Position numbers and translations under genes: made by a program
From: Zygnema circumcarinatum SAG 698-1b
Lineage: Eukaryota; Plantae; Zygnematophyceae
Length of the DNA stretch: 64,000 nucleotides
Assembly (NCBI GenBank): GCA_037447605.1
Contig: CM074814.1
Span: forward strand, 1,550,001-1,614,000
Direction of reading: 5' to 3'
Shown here: piece by piece, positions 38,063 through 51,600 of the stretch
Position numbering within the stretch: the stretch's first letter is position 1
Layout: each line of letters begins with the position of its first letter
Notes under the pieces: generated by a model
What the model was told of the DNA's origin: nothing
Databases searched by the model: none
What the model saw: only the letters and a program-made list of their open reading frames with translations

Positions 38063-39619
38063 ACGAATGGCGGGAACAAGAGAAAAAAAATAAAAGTTGG
38101 CACCAAGTGACCTGAAGCGAAGTAATGAAAGGAAGAGAAGAAACGAAGTAAGAAGTAGAAGTAATGAAATGTTCGATGGAGAGAGCGCTTACTTGCCTTT
38201 CCATGTGCCACTTTGCACCTCCTGCTCGGCCTTAGTGCTGTGACTGGTCTGGGCATTAAAAGATGTTATTGGGAACCTCTATAACGTTGCTGCAGTTGAA
38301 CAAGTTCCCATCGGCCTCCCCCGTGGAACGTTAGATGGCATCCTATGGGAAAACGTTGAGAGCCTTCTTTAGCAGTAGATCGTGTTCTTTTCAAATGGGT
38401 GTCTGACCTGGAGGCTAACGGTGCTGTGCAAGAGGCATGGAGGATTCGTCTCTCGCTGACTTTGTTGCAATCTCGATTGAAACTCGACCCATGTTGTTGC
38501 TTTTTCGTGTGTGATGACACTCAATTATGGAGTGTTTTGGACGGGTCATCCATTGCTGACCGCTGCAGAGCTGTATTTCAAAGCTCAAGGCCATCCTTTG
38601 ACGTGCTTGCGGACAGGCAAGCGAATTCGCGCTTACACTTGTAAAGCAGGCTGCTTGTTCGCACGGCTGACTTTAGAGGTACTGGGAACACCGCCTACTG
38701 CCTATGGGCTCCTTCGAGGATTTTTCAGCTCAAAACCGTTGTAACGAGGATCAAAGTTGCTCTTACTTTTTGTTCTGAGTGACATCCAAACATTTCGCCC
38801 GTGACAACACTCTGGAGAGTAAAGGATTTGGCATTGATTTCGCGAGGGCGATGCCATCAGATGGGCACCGACAAAGTCAACATGGAGAGCCACGAGGAAC
38901 CGATCGGTCACAAAAGACAGAGATGACTGAAAACGCTAACACTAACACAATTCATTACTATGCAAAGGCCAGCTATGATGGTGCAACGCCCCGCCAGCAT
39001 GTCCCTTGGAGCATTGACATGCCTGCTGTGTCCCCAACACAACCCAGTCCTCACTGTACCATGGGGGTAAGTTTCTAGCCGCTGCATAACGCCACCACAC
39101 ATCCCAAGCGTCCATAGATTGAGGGCACAGTCGAGCCAAGTCAATCCCGACTCGTTACTCCACACAGAAAGATTTCATGCTCACAAAAAAAATACACATT
39201 TTCGTCAATTTTCAATTTGCCAGAAACATATACCCGAGTGTTCGTGTTCATCTCAATCCAATAAAAATGAATAATGAAACAAATGGAATAAAAAAAATTG
39301 CGTCCCCTCAGTAACCTTCAAAAAAAACGATAAACCCTCCACTTGCAGACCACTTAAAAAGGAAAATAAACCAAAAGCAAACCCCAGATGTAAAAAAGAC
39401 CTCAAAAGACTTCAAATAAAGTACACTTTAAACCAGACTAAGCGACGTAGTAGTTTAAAAGCAGAACTCCGTCGCCATCTCGCACTCGTCTTGTCTACCT
39501 TGAACCCAAAGTGTCACGTCACAGTGAGCCAAAGCCATACCCCCTGTGCCCATCCTCCATCCAAGAAACATTTTCATCGCTTTTGCGTTTTATTCCAAAC
39601 TGTGAGTTCGCTTGTCCAT

Positions 39620-42600
39620 TCAAACGTTCCAAGCCGATGAGTTCAGTTCGGAAGTATGAGGTCCGGGCTGCCTTGCAGGATCACCAAGTCGGCTCCTTAC
39701 AAACTCCCACCTGCTATCTCCAAGACTGCCACTACTACCAACAATTTCCACTGCGAGGGAGATATCCTCCAAAATCACTTCCTTGATCACCTCCTTCATT
39801 CCCTCACTTGAGTTCGTACCTCCGGGACAACTCCACCTCCGTCTCCTGCTCTCTCTCGCGAAAGCAGGAGAGACACTATCAGCCGGCTGGTTAGCAGCAG
39901 TTCTGGGAGATGTCAATACAGGCGGTGCTGCTCTCAGTGGGGGAGTAGGAGGGCGAGTAGGAGAGGGGAGTTGATGTCGGTCCATCTTCCTTGACCGACT
40001 GAATATCTTCCCTCGTGTTGATCTTTCCTTTGGAGACCTCTGAGGAGATGGAGGCACCTTCTGTGAGTCCATTCCGGGATAAAAACTCCATGACTGAGGG
40101 CTGGTAGGAGACTTAGGAGGAAATCCCCTTGGAGACATTTTGTATTGATGTCTCGGACTGGAGACATCAGGGCGAATGAAAAGAGAGGGAGCTGCCCATC
40201 CCGGCCCATGTAAGTTAGAGGCTTGGAAGTCCATTGACTTTGTAGCTCTATGGGAACTCCATGCATGCTCTTCATTCGAGTCAGAATGTCTCCGACTATC
40301 CGAATGAGCTTGTGGGAGAGGGCGGCCATTCTGCCTACTCCAATGAGTAGGAATATCCTTTCTCTCTCCCAACCTGAACATGTCAGAGTCTGAGGAAGAG
40401 GTGCGAAGCGTAACAATAGGGGAGCCTTGTTCTGAAAAGAGTTCTACATTGCCTCTAGTCACTTCTATCACGATGCGACCAGGAAACGCTCGCATTCCCA
40501 TTGGTTTCGCTATAGGAGGAGGAGATGGGAGAGGGTGGGCTCGCCATTGATGGCCATTTGCTGCTCTCTCACTCGCCAGCACTCCTCTTGGACTTAACCC
40601 TTTTTGCGAGGGCTCTTCGAACCTTTTGGGTCCAAGTTTGGGAGAGGGACTTTCAGGATGGGAGGGAGACCTGCTGCTGCGAAGGGGCCACGCAGCATTA
40701 GAATCGTGAAGTCCACCTTGGAGTACTTTTGGAGAAGCCTGCAACTGCAAAAAAAGTATAAAAACACAAATGAGCGGGTGACGGTGTGAGATACATCGGT
40801 GGAATAGGGATAGGCGATCATTTTTTTTCTTAAGGCTGACGAAGAGGTTTGGAGAAGAGCAGCAAAAAATGCCCTAGCCGTTCAAGAGAAAAGTGGATAG
40901 AGATATAAGGGGAGCGACTAAGAGATGCTTTGCATAAAGGATAGAGGATGGTCGATTTGACATACGCGGATGAACAGGATAAAGATTGCACCATTGTCTG
41001 GAAATGCATATAAGTAAAGCACGAGACAATGCTTAGACTGTTTAGGTCAACACAAGCCACCACAAACAAATCTTAGCTCAAAACCTTAGCTGTCATTCGC
41101 ATTGAATCTATTAGATTCTTGTAACTACTCATACCCCTTCCTACATTTCCCTACGTTTTCCTACGTTTCCTTCCTTTCAAAGCATGCGCGAGTGAACACG
41201 ACGACAAGACTCACCTGAGGCGAAGACATGGGCAGAAAGGACCCAAACACAGGTCCTGCATGCTCCGACTGCAAACCACGAGGACTCCCCGGCGAATCCG
41301 CGAGAGGGCCACCAGAGGCAGAAGAGGGCCCTTTGGCGGTGGGGCCGAGGGCCAAGTGCAGGCCAATCCGGCGAGCCTGCTCGCGGGCCGTCTGGGAAAT
41401 ATCGGAACATCGCTTCTGTCTGGGGTCCGAAAGGGACCCGCCCGCTTGCAAGCATGAAGCAGCGGAGTCTTCACATATGGAAAGGAAGTAGGCGGCTCGG
41501 GACCTGGGAGGGGAAGGGAAGGACAGGGAAGAGAGAAGGACAAGGGTCGGGTTTTGAGATGGATTGTTTGTGAAGCGAATCGAATGGAGGGGAGAGAGAG
41601 GAAAGGACAAGGGTCAGGTTTTAAGGTGGATTGTTTGTGAAGCGAATCGCATGGAGGGGAGAGAGAGGAAAGGACAAGGGTCAGGTTTTAAGGTGAATTG
41701 TTTGTGAAGCGAATCGCATGTAGGAGAGGAAGAGAAAAGGACAAGGGTCGGGTTTTAAGGTGGATTGTTTGTGAAGCGAATCGCATGTAGGAGAGGAAGA
41801 GAAAAGGACAAGGGTCGGGTTTTAAGGTGGATTGTTTGTGAAGCGAATCGAATGTAGGAGAGGAAGAGAAAAGGACAAGGGTCAGGTTTTAAGGTGGATT
41901 GTTTGTGAAGCGAATCGAATGTAGGAGAGGAAGAGAAAAGGACAAGGGTCAGGTTTTAAGGTGGGTTGGTTGTGAAGTGAATCGAATGTAGGAGAGGAAG
42001 AGTCGAAAGAGGGGACATTTAGAGATGGGTGGGATTGAATGAACTTCAGCGAGGTGCGACATAGTTTTCTGAAAATTATTTGAAAATTGATTTAATGCGT
42101 ATTCCTGCACAATATCAAGTTATGACACCGTAAAATAGAAAACGCTTTAGCACAAAGCTAAGAAATAACATTTATCATCAACACATTTCACATAACCAGG
42201 ACGTTGCATTTAGCGCTACCCGAACGCACCTTAAAATCGGTAACGTCAGAATAGAAGATGCAGTGGGCCTCCCAGCAGGATCTTCGACAAGAAGCGACGA
42301 AAGCAGCTGCCTTATCTCTTTGCTATACCTGCACATGCAGAGAATGGCAACGTTTCAAATAACAGAGGAAGATGAACGCTCCTCCTTACTCAGCAGACTG
42401 CCAACAACTTGACCAATTGCTTTTCCCTAAGTTTCCTTTCTTTCTTTCATCTTTTCTGTGTGAAGTGTTTTTTTTTTTTGAGTAGCAGCACTTACTCTCC
42501 GCTCGGCGGCTCGTACGAGCTGAAGAGCACATGATATGTGAGCTCAGGCAGAGAGGCGCCGCTGAAGGGCGGGCGCAGGCACAGCAGCTCGTACAGGATG

Positions 42601-45600
42601 CAGCCCAACGACCACATGTCTGCGAGTTCCATGCCCACAGTTCAGCTTCTCGTTACAGATCCACAAAATCCGTACACCCCGCCATAGAACGGGACGAACC
42701 GTACGAACCATACGAACGAACAAGACGGGAAGCATGGAAGCGTAGGGCTTCGTTCCCCTTCAGGGATGCTGTTCAGGGATTGGAGGAGACGTGGCGGAAA
42801 AAGGGAGTAGGAGGAAGGGCTGACCGGACTTGAAGCTGTAGGAGTGGCCTTGCAGAAGCTCGGGGGACATGTAGACGGGCGTTCCCACCATGGTCTGGGC
42901 GAGGGCGTGGGTGGAATCCATGGATCGCGCGATTCCGAAGTCGCCGAGCTGCACGGTCGCGGCATTGCCGCCGGGGAAGTCGCTGCTGCTGCGCAGGAAC
43001 ACGTTCTCTGTCTGCAGGAGGCAGGCAGAAGGATGGAACAGGTTGAGGATCTTGATTCGGAGGTGATGGAGGCTGGATTAACGGTGGATTGATCCGCTTG
43101 TTGTCTGAAGCGGACGCTTCCAGACGCTGGAATAGCTCTGTTTGAGGGTATGAAAAATGATAAGGCGGAGCGAAGCGAATCGGATAGGGTTGTATATCGA
43201 GGCTTCCTGTACAAATTGTAAAGCATTTTCCGCATACTACGCGCTCGAAACATCGTTTCTCGTAAGCAGCGAGGAGCTGCGTTGGTGTCTGGTTGAGACC
43301 TTAACCAGCTGGTTCTGAGAATGTGAACTGCCATTAGCGGAGCGAAGGTAATGACCTCTACATGGAAATGAAGGAGCTAAAGATACTATTTTAGTAAAAT
43401 TTAAATCTCTTAATTCTCTAGCTACCGGACCAAATACCCGTGTTCCACGTGGGTTCCCTTCTTGATTAATAACAACTGCAGCATTATCATCGAAACGTAG
43501 AGCCATCCCATTATCACGTTTAATACCTTTACATGTACGTACTATAACTGCTCTTACAACTTCTGATTTTTTTAAAGGCATGTTTGGCACTGTCTCTTTG
43601 ACAACTGCAATAATCATGTCACCTATGTTAGCGTATTTTTGATTACCGGATCCCAGTACACGAATACACATGAGCTTTCTAGCTCCACTGTTATCGGCTA
43701 CATTTAAATAAGATTGAGGTTGAATCATGAGTTTATGATGTGTTAATATGTATCTATTTGCTTGTAACCGTTTACAATCAACAAATATTATCGAATAACT
43801 GCCAAAATAGGAGCTTTTACAAATTGTGTTTTAATAGGCATTTTAAAAGCTGCTATTCTCATTGCTGCTCTAGCAATAGTTTCTGAAACTCCGCTCATTT
43901 CGTACAGTATTCGTCCTGGTTTTACTACTGCTACCCAATATTCAGGGGATCCTTTACCAGACCCCATGCGTGTTTCTGCAGGTCGCATTGTAATAGGCTT
44001 GTCAGGAAAAATTCTTATCCATAATTTGCCTCCTCGTCTGGCATATCTAGTCATCGCACGTCTTCCTGCTTCAATCTGACGAGAGGTTATCCAAGATGGC
44101 TCTAAAGCTTGCAAACCGAATCTNNNNNNNNNNTTGAATACACTCTAAGACCAGGCTTACTTATGTATTTTATAATAGTAATATGAGGTTTACGAGTTTT
44201 GGTTTGGTACTTCAAAGTGATTACTAACATGCATACTGTGTTGTATTGACGTTCTCGTACATTAGTTATATAACCTTCTTCCAATAAAATATTGGCTATG
44301 CTACGAGTAATATGAGTTGCTGGAACTTCCACAGTCTTAGCTTTGCTTAGGTTCGCGTTTCGTATACAAGTGATCATACCGGCGATAGTATCGTTCCCCA
44401 CAATAACTGACTCCTATTTTATTTGAATTGTGATTTGGATTTTGTGTTTTTTATTAACAGACAAACAAATTACGCACTTTTTGAGATTGGGATTTGAAAT
44501 GGCATACCAATAGCAACCAACAGCTCCAAAGCTTCTTTATTGTTTTGACAGCTTGTTACAATACAAATATCCATACCTCGTAATTTTTCGATTTTGTCGT
44601 AGTCTATTTCAGGGAACATAAGTTGTTCCTTCAGGCCTAGATGGAAATTACCCTGCCCATCAAAACTATTTGAATTTAAACCTTGGAAATCTCGTATTCT
44701 TGGCAAAGCTAGATGAATAAGCCGATCTAAAAATGCATACATCGCATCCGCTCTCAGAGTTACACAGACTCCTACTGACATTTTAGCTCGAATCTGGAAA
44801 CCAGCAATTGATTTTTTAGCTCGAGTTACAATAGGTTTTTGACCAGTTATAAAGCTTAAGTCTCTTAAAGTGGATTCGAGTGATTTGGCATTTTGTGATG
44901 CTTCACCTAAACCGCAATTTATAACTATCTTGGTTACTTGTGGCACCTGATGTAAGTTTTGGTATTGTAATTGTTTACGTAATTTAGGAACCACACTGTT
45001 TAAATAAAACGTTTTCAATCGTTGTGTCATAGATTTATAAATAATTGCTTTTGAGACACTTACACGGTTTCTATTCTCCACTTATTACACATAAACAAGT
45101 TTTCAAATAGAAACAAGGAACGCTATTGTATTGGTCATATGTATATATGCTTAAGACAAGTTTTGTGTATTGAGGTTGTCAATGCATATATTCTGCTTAA
45201 CTTCTAGAGCACTTCAGGAGCTAAAGATACTATTTTAGTAAAATTTAAATCTCTTAATTCTCTAGCTACCGGACCAAATACCCGTGTTCCACGTGGGTTC
45301 CCTTCTTGATTAATAACAACTGCAGCATTATCATCGAAACGTAGAGCCATCCCATTATCACGTTTAATACCTTTACATGTACGTACTATAACTGCTCTTA
45401 CAACTTCTGATTTTTTTAAAGGCATGTTTGGCACTGTCTCTTTGACAACTGCAATAATCATGTCACCTATGTTAGCGTATTTTTGATTACCGGATCCCAG
45501 TACACGAATACACATGAGCTTTCTAGCTCCACTGTTATCGGCTACATTTAAATAAGATTGAGGTTGAATCATGAGTTTATGATGTGTTAATATGTATCTA

Positions 45601-48600
45601 TTTGCTTGTAACCGTTTACAATCAACAAATATTATCGAATAACTGCCAAAATAGGAGCTTTTACAAATTGTGTTTTAATAGGCATTTTAAAAGCTGCTAT
45701 TCTCATTGCTGCTCTAGCAATAGTTTCTGAAACTCCGCNNNNNNNNNNATACAAGTGATCATACCGGCGATAGTATCGTTCCCCACAATAACTGACTCCT
45801 ATTTTATTTGAATTGTGATTTGGATTTTGTGTTTTTTATTAACAGACAAACAAATTACGCACTTTTTGAGATTGGGATTTGAAATGGCATACCAATAGCA
45901 ACCAACAGCTCCAAAGCTTCTTTATTGTTTTGACAGCTTGTTACAATACAAATATCCATACCTCGTAATTTTTCGATTTTGTCGTAGTCTATTTCAGGGA
46001 ACATAAGTTGTTCCTTCAGGCCTAGATGGAAATTACCCTGCCCATCAAAACTATTTGAATTTAAACCTTGGAAATCTCGTATTCTTGGCAAAGCTAGATG
46101 AATAAGCCGATCTAAAAATGCATACATCGCATCCGCTCTCAGAGTTACACAGACTCCTACTGACATTTTAGCTCGAATCTGGAAACCAGCAATTGATTTT
46201 TTAGCTCGAGTTACAATAGGTTTTTGACCAGTTATAAAGCTTAAGTCTCTTAAAGTGGATTCGAGTGATTTGGCATTTTGTGATGCTTCACCTAAACCGC
46301 AATTTATAACTATCTTGGTTACTTGTGGCACCTGATGTAAGTTTTGGTATTGTAATTGTTTACGTAATTTAGGAACCACACTGTTTAAATAAAACGTTTT
46401 CAATCGTTGTGTCATAGATTTATAAATAATTGCTTTTGAGACACTTACACGGTTTCTATTCTCCACTTATTACACATAAACAAGTTTTCAAATAGAAACA
46501 AGGAACGCTATTGTATTGGTCATATGTATATATGCTTAAGACAAGTTTTGTGTATTGAGGTTGTCAATGCATATATTCTGCTTAACTTCTAGAGCACTTC
46601 AGGAGCTAAAGATACTATTTTAGTAAAATTTAAATCTCTTAATTCTCTAGCTACCGGACCAAATACCCGTGTTCCACGTGGGTTCCCTTCTTGATTAATA
46701 ACAACTGCAGCATTATCATCGAAACGTAGAGCCATCCCATTATCACGTTTAATACCTTTACATGTACGTACTATAACTGCTCTTACAACTTCTGATTTTT
46801 TTAAAGGCATGTTTGGCACTGTCTCTTTGACAACTGCAATAATCATGTCACCTATGTTAGCGTATTTTTGATTACCGGATCCCAGTACACGAATACACAT
46901 GAGCTTTCTAGCTCCACTGTTATCGGCTACATTTAAATAAGATTGAGGTTGAATCATGAGTTTATGATGTGTTAATATGTATCTATTTGCTTGTAACCGT
47001 TTACAATCAACAAATATTATCGAATAACTGCCAAAATAGGAGCTTTTACAAATTGTGTTTTAATAGGCATTTTAAAAGCTGCTATTCTCATTGCTGCTCT
47101 AGCAATAGTTTCTGAAACTCCGCTCATTTCGTACAGTATTCGTCCTGGTTTTACTACTGCTACCCAATATTCAGGGGATCCTTTACCAGACCCCATGCGT
47201 GTTTCTGCAGGTCGCATTGTAATAGGCTTGTCAGGAAAAATTCTTATCCATAATTTGCCTCCTCGTCTGGCATATCTAGTCATCGCACGTCTTCCTGCTT
47301 CAATCTGACGAGAGGTTATCCAAGATGGCTCTAAAGCTTGCAAACCGAATCTNNNNNNNNNNTTGAATACACTCTAAGACCAGGCTTACTTATGTATTTT
47401 ATAATAGTAATATGAGGTTTACGAGTTTTGGTTTGGTACTTCAAAGTGATTACTAACATGCATACTGTGTTGTATTGACGTTCTCGTACATTAGTTATAT
47501 AACCTTCTTCCAATAAAATATTGGCTATGCTACGAGTAATATGAGTTGCTGGAACTTCCACAGTCTTAGCTTTGCTTAGGTTCGCGTTTCGTATACAAGT
47601 GATCATACCGGCGATAGTATCGTTCCCCACAATAACTGACTCCTATTTTATTTGAATTGTGATTTGGATTTTGTGTTTTTTATTAACAGACAAACAAATT
47701 ACGCACTTTTTGAGATTGGGATTTGAAATGGCATACCAATAGCAACCAACAGCTCCAAAGCTTCTTTATTGTTTTGACAGCTTGTTACAATACAAATATC
47801 CATACCTCGTAATTTTTCGATTTTGTCGTAGTCTATTTCAGGGAACATAAGTTGTTCCTTCAGGCCTAGATGGAAATTACCCTGCCCATCAAAACTATTT
47901 GAATTTAAACCTTGGAAATCTCGTATTCTTGGCAAAGCTAGATGAATAAGCCGATCTAAAAATGCATACATCGCATCCGCTCTCAGAGTTACACAGACTC
48001 CTACTGACATTTTAGCTCGAATCTGGAAACCAGCAATTGATTTTTTAGCTCGAGTTACAATAGGTTTTTGACCAGTTATAAAGCTTAAGTCTCTTAAAGT
48101 GGATTCGAGTGATTTGGCATTTTGTGATGCTTCACCTAAACCGCAATTTATAACTATCTTGGTTACTTGTGGCACCTGATGTAAGTTTTGGTATTGTAAT
48201 TGTTTACGTAATTTAGGAACCACACTGTTTAAATAAAACGTTTTCAATCGTTGTGTCATAGATTTATAAATAATTGCTTTTGAGACACTTACACGGTTTC
48301 TATTCTCCACTTATTACACATAAACAAGTTTTCAAATAGAAACAAGGAACGCTATTGTATTGGTCATATGTATATATGCTTAAGACAAGTTTTGTGTATT
48401 GAGGTTGTCAATGCATATATTCTGCTTAACTTCTAGAGCACTTCAGGAGCTAAAGATACTATTTTAGTAAAATTTAAATCTCTTAATTCTCTAGCTACCG
48501 GACCAAATACCCGTGTTCCACGTGGGTTCCCTTCTTGATTAATAACAACTGCAGCATTATCATCGAAACGTAGAGCCATCCCATTATCACGTTTAATACC

Positions 48601-51600
48601 TTTACATGTACGTACTATAACTGCTCTTACAACTTCTGATTTTTTTAAAGGCATGTTTGGCACTGTCTCTTTGACAACTGCAATAATCATGTCACCTATG
48701 TTAGCGTATTTTTGATTACCGGATCCCAGTACACGAATACACATGAGCTTTCTAGCTCCACTGTTATCGGCTACATTTAAATAAGATTGAGGTTGAATCA
48801 TGAGTTTATGATGTGTTAATATGTATCTATTTGCTTGTAACCGTTTACAATCAACAAATATTATCGAATAACTGCCAAAATAGGAGCTTTTACAAATTGT
48901 GTTTTAATAGGCATTTTAAAAGCTGCTATTCTCATTGCTGCTCTAGCAATAGTTTCTGAAACTCCGCTCATTTCGTACAGTATTCGTCCTGGTTTTACTA
49001 CTGCTACCCAATATTCAGGGGATCCTTTACCAGACCCCATGCGTGTTTCTGCAGGTCGCATTGTAATAGGCTTGTCAGGAAAAATTCTTATCCATAATTT
49101 GCCTCCTCGTCTGGCATATCTAGTCATCGCACGTCTTCCTGCTTCAATCTGACGAGAGGTTATCCAAGATGGCTCTAAAGCTTGCAAACCGAATCTNNNN
49201 NNNNNNGAATACACTCTAAGACCAGGCTTACTTATGTATTTTATAATAGTAATATGAGGTTTACGAGTTTTGGTTTGGTACTTCAAAGTGATTACTAACA
49301 TGCATACTGTGTTGTATTGACGTTCTCGTACATTAGTTATATAACCTTCTTCCAATAAAATATTGGCTATGCTACGAGTAATATGAGTTGCTGGAACTTC
49401 CACAGTCTTAGCTTTGCTTAGGTTCGCGTTTCGTATACAAGTGATCATACCGGCGATAGTATCGTTCCCCACAATAACTGACTCCTATTTTATTTGAATT
49501 GTGATTTGGATTTTGTGTTTTTTATTAACAGACAAACAAATTACGCACTTTTTGAGATTGGGATTTGAAATGGCATACCAATAGCAACCAACAGCTCCAA
49601 AGCTTCTTTATTGTTTTGACAGCTTGTTACAATACAAATATCCATACCTCGTAATTTTTCGATTTTGTCGTAGTCTATTTCAGGGAACATAAGTTGTTCC
49701 TTCAGGCCTAGATGGAAATTACCCTGCCCATCAAAACTATTTGAATTTAAACCTTGGAAATCTCGTATTCTTGGCAAAGCTAGATGAATAAGCCGATCTA
49801 AAAATGCATACATCGCATCCGCTCTCAGAGTTACACAGACTCCTACTGACATTTTAGCTCGAATCTGGAAACCAGCAATTGATTTTTTAGCTCGAGTTAC
49901 AATAGGTTTTTGACCAGTTATAAAGCTTAAGTCTCTTAAAGTGGATTCGAGTGATTTGGCATTTTGTGATGCTTCACCTAAACCGCAATTTATAACTATC
50001 TTGGTTACTTGTGGCACCTGATGTAAGTTTTGGTATTGTAATTGTTTACGTAATTTAGGAACCACACTGTTTAAATAAAACGTTTTCAATCGTTGTGTCA
50101 TAGATTTATAAATAATTGCTTTTGAGACACTTACACGGTTTCTATTCTCCACTTATTACACATAAACAAGTTTTCAAATAGAAACAAGGAACGCTATTGT
50201 ATTGGTCATATGTATATATGCTTAAGACAAGTTTTGTGTATTGAGGTTGTCAATGCATATATTCTGCTTAACTTCTAGAGCACTTCAGGAGCTAAAGATA
50301 CTATTTTAGTAAAATTTAAATCTCTTAATTCTCTAGCTACCGGACCACATAGGCTGGGCTATCCAAACGACTCTTCTCAACTCGCTCATGGTCTGAACGA
50401 GTGGATGAACAGCTGAGCTGTGAAGTTGGTGAGGTACCTTGACGTCACGATGGAGAATCTTGCGCCGATGGAGGTATTCTAAAGCAAGCGTCAACTGAAC
50501 AAACCAATCAAGTATCTGGTCTTCAGAGAATCTGCCAACGTTTGCAACAGACAAGAAGTTAGTTGGAGTTGGAGCTCCTGTGGCTAAGTCCTATGCATTG
50601 CATTGCTTTCACAGTAGGCACCGCTTTCCAAGCTCATTGATAAGGGAGCAGAGAAGTTTCTCAGTGCAATTTTTCGTCCTGCTCTGCCGATGAGCCATTC
50701 AAGGAGAAAGGGCTGCTAGTCTGCAGCGTCACGTAATTGCATTTAGAACATGTCAAAGATTCTCACAGTTGTCCGGATATCTGCTGCTGGCGAATCTTGG
50801 CCCGTAGATCGCCCCCTCGACAAAACTCCATTACTGCAGCCATCAGCTTTTTGTCAGTTTGTTTCCCATACAGTAATCAATGTAATGGTCAGATGGGTTA
50901 TTGAGGCAAGTCCCTTCCCATCTCGCCTTTAACTCGCAAATCGTGAGCATTTGAGCGTGGACCCCCCCCCCTTCACTATATACAACAAGAGCATTTTGTC
51001 CCTGCATTCTGTGTTATAGTGTTCCCCTGAGGTCCTATCCAAAACCTTGTGTGAAAGCTGCCCTGGCTAGAGCGAAGGATGGTTGGAAAAGAGCAAATCA
51101 AAAACAAAAGAATTGCTCATAGTGGAGTGACCATGCATGGCGTCTCACCTATGCACAATTTTGAATCGTCGTGAACAGCACTTTCCTGCAACCATGTTTC
51201 CAGCAACTGCGTCAGGTAACTCTTATCGATCATCTTAGTGGGCATTTCGCGGCATTCACGACATGCAGCCGGCGTAACATCATCTAAATTCACAGTGTTT
51301 GCTGTGGGCATGTCCCAACCGCTACTCCTCATCATGTCAACGAGTACATCCGAAATGTCCTGTCTTTGGACACTTGCTCCGACACTAAGATATAGCCGCA
51401 ATCCTCACCTTGCATCCAACGATGCACGGATGGCTCAGACACAACATGGTGGACGACTCCATTACTCGAGCGGCACGGTCCTTGGAGTCAGATGGAAGGT
51501 CCACCACCTTCATCACCCAGTCTCGGCGTTCCTTGCTCTGAAGCGGCTGCTTTTCTGTAGAATCGCAGGTATACCCTCCAAGCTGGGGGCTGCCGTCGAC

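Larger units (their letters stand above)
43372..50347 (-). other. Plastid-derived DNA (rpl16'-rpl14-rpl5-rps8') repeated in tandem with 10-N gaps inside a NEK intron (NUPT and/or assembly artefact)
   Basis: Abrupt shift to AT-rich, intronless plastid-type genes. An ~1.83-kb unit (e.g. 47363-49196) is repeated with apparently identical sequence. N gaps lie at 44124-44133, 45739-45748, 47353-47362 and 49197-49206. 43372-43432 equals 50287-50347. Confidence 0.93.

Noticed and set aside
38266-39165. Short ORFs between HdeD-like B and the NEK 3' end
   Set aside because: No coherent exon chain or recognisable motif could be built. These are probably UTR or intergenic sequence.
41530-42001. CRISPR-like array
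   Set aside because: The whole 67-bp unit repeats with no unique spacers, there are no cas genes, and the context is a eukaryotic intron. It is a minisatellite.
48861-49472. 203-aa rps8-rpl16 fusion protein
   Set aside because: The fusion exists only across a 10-N gap and is an assembly junction.
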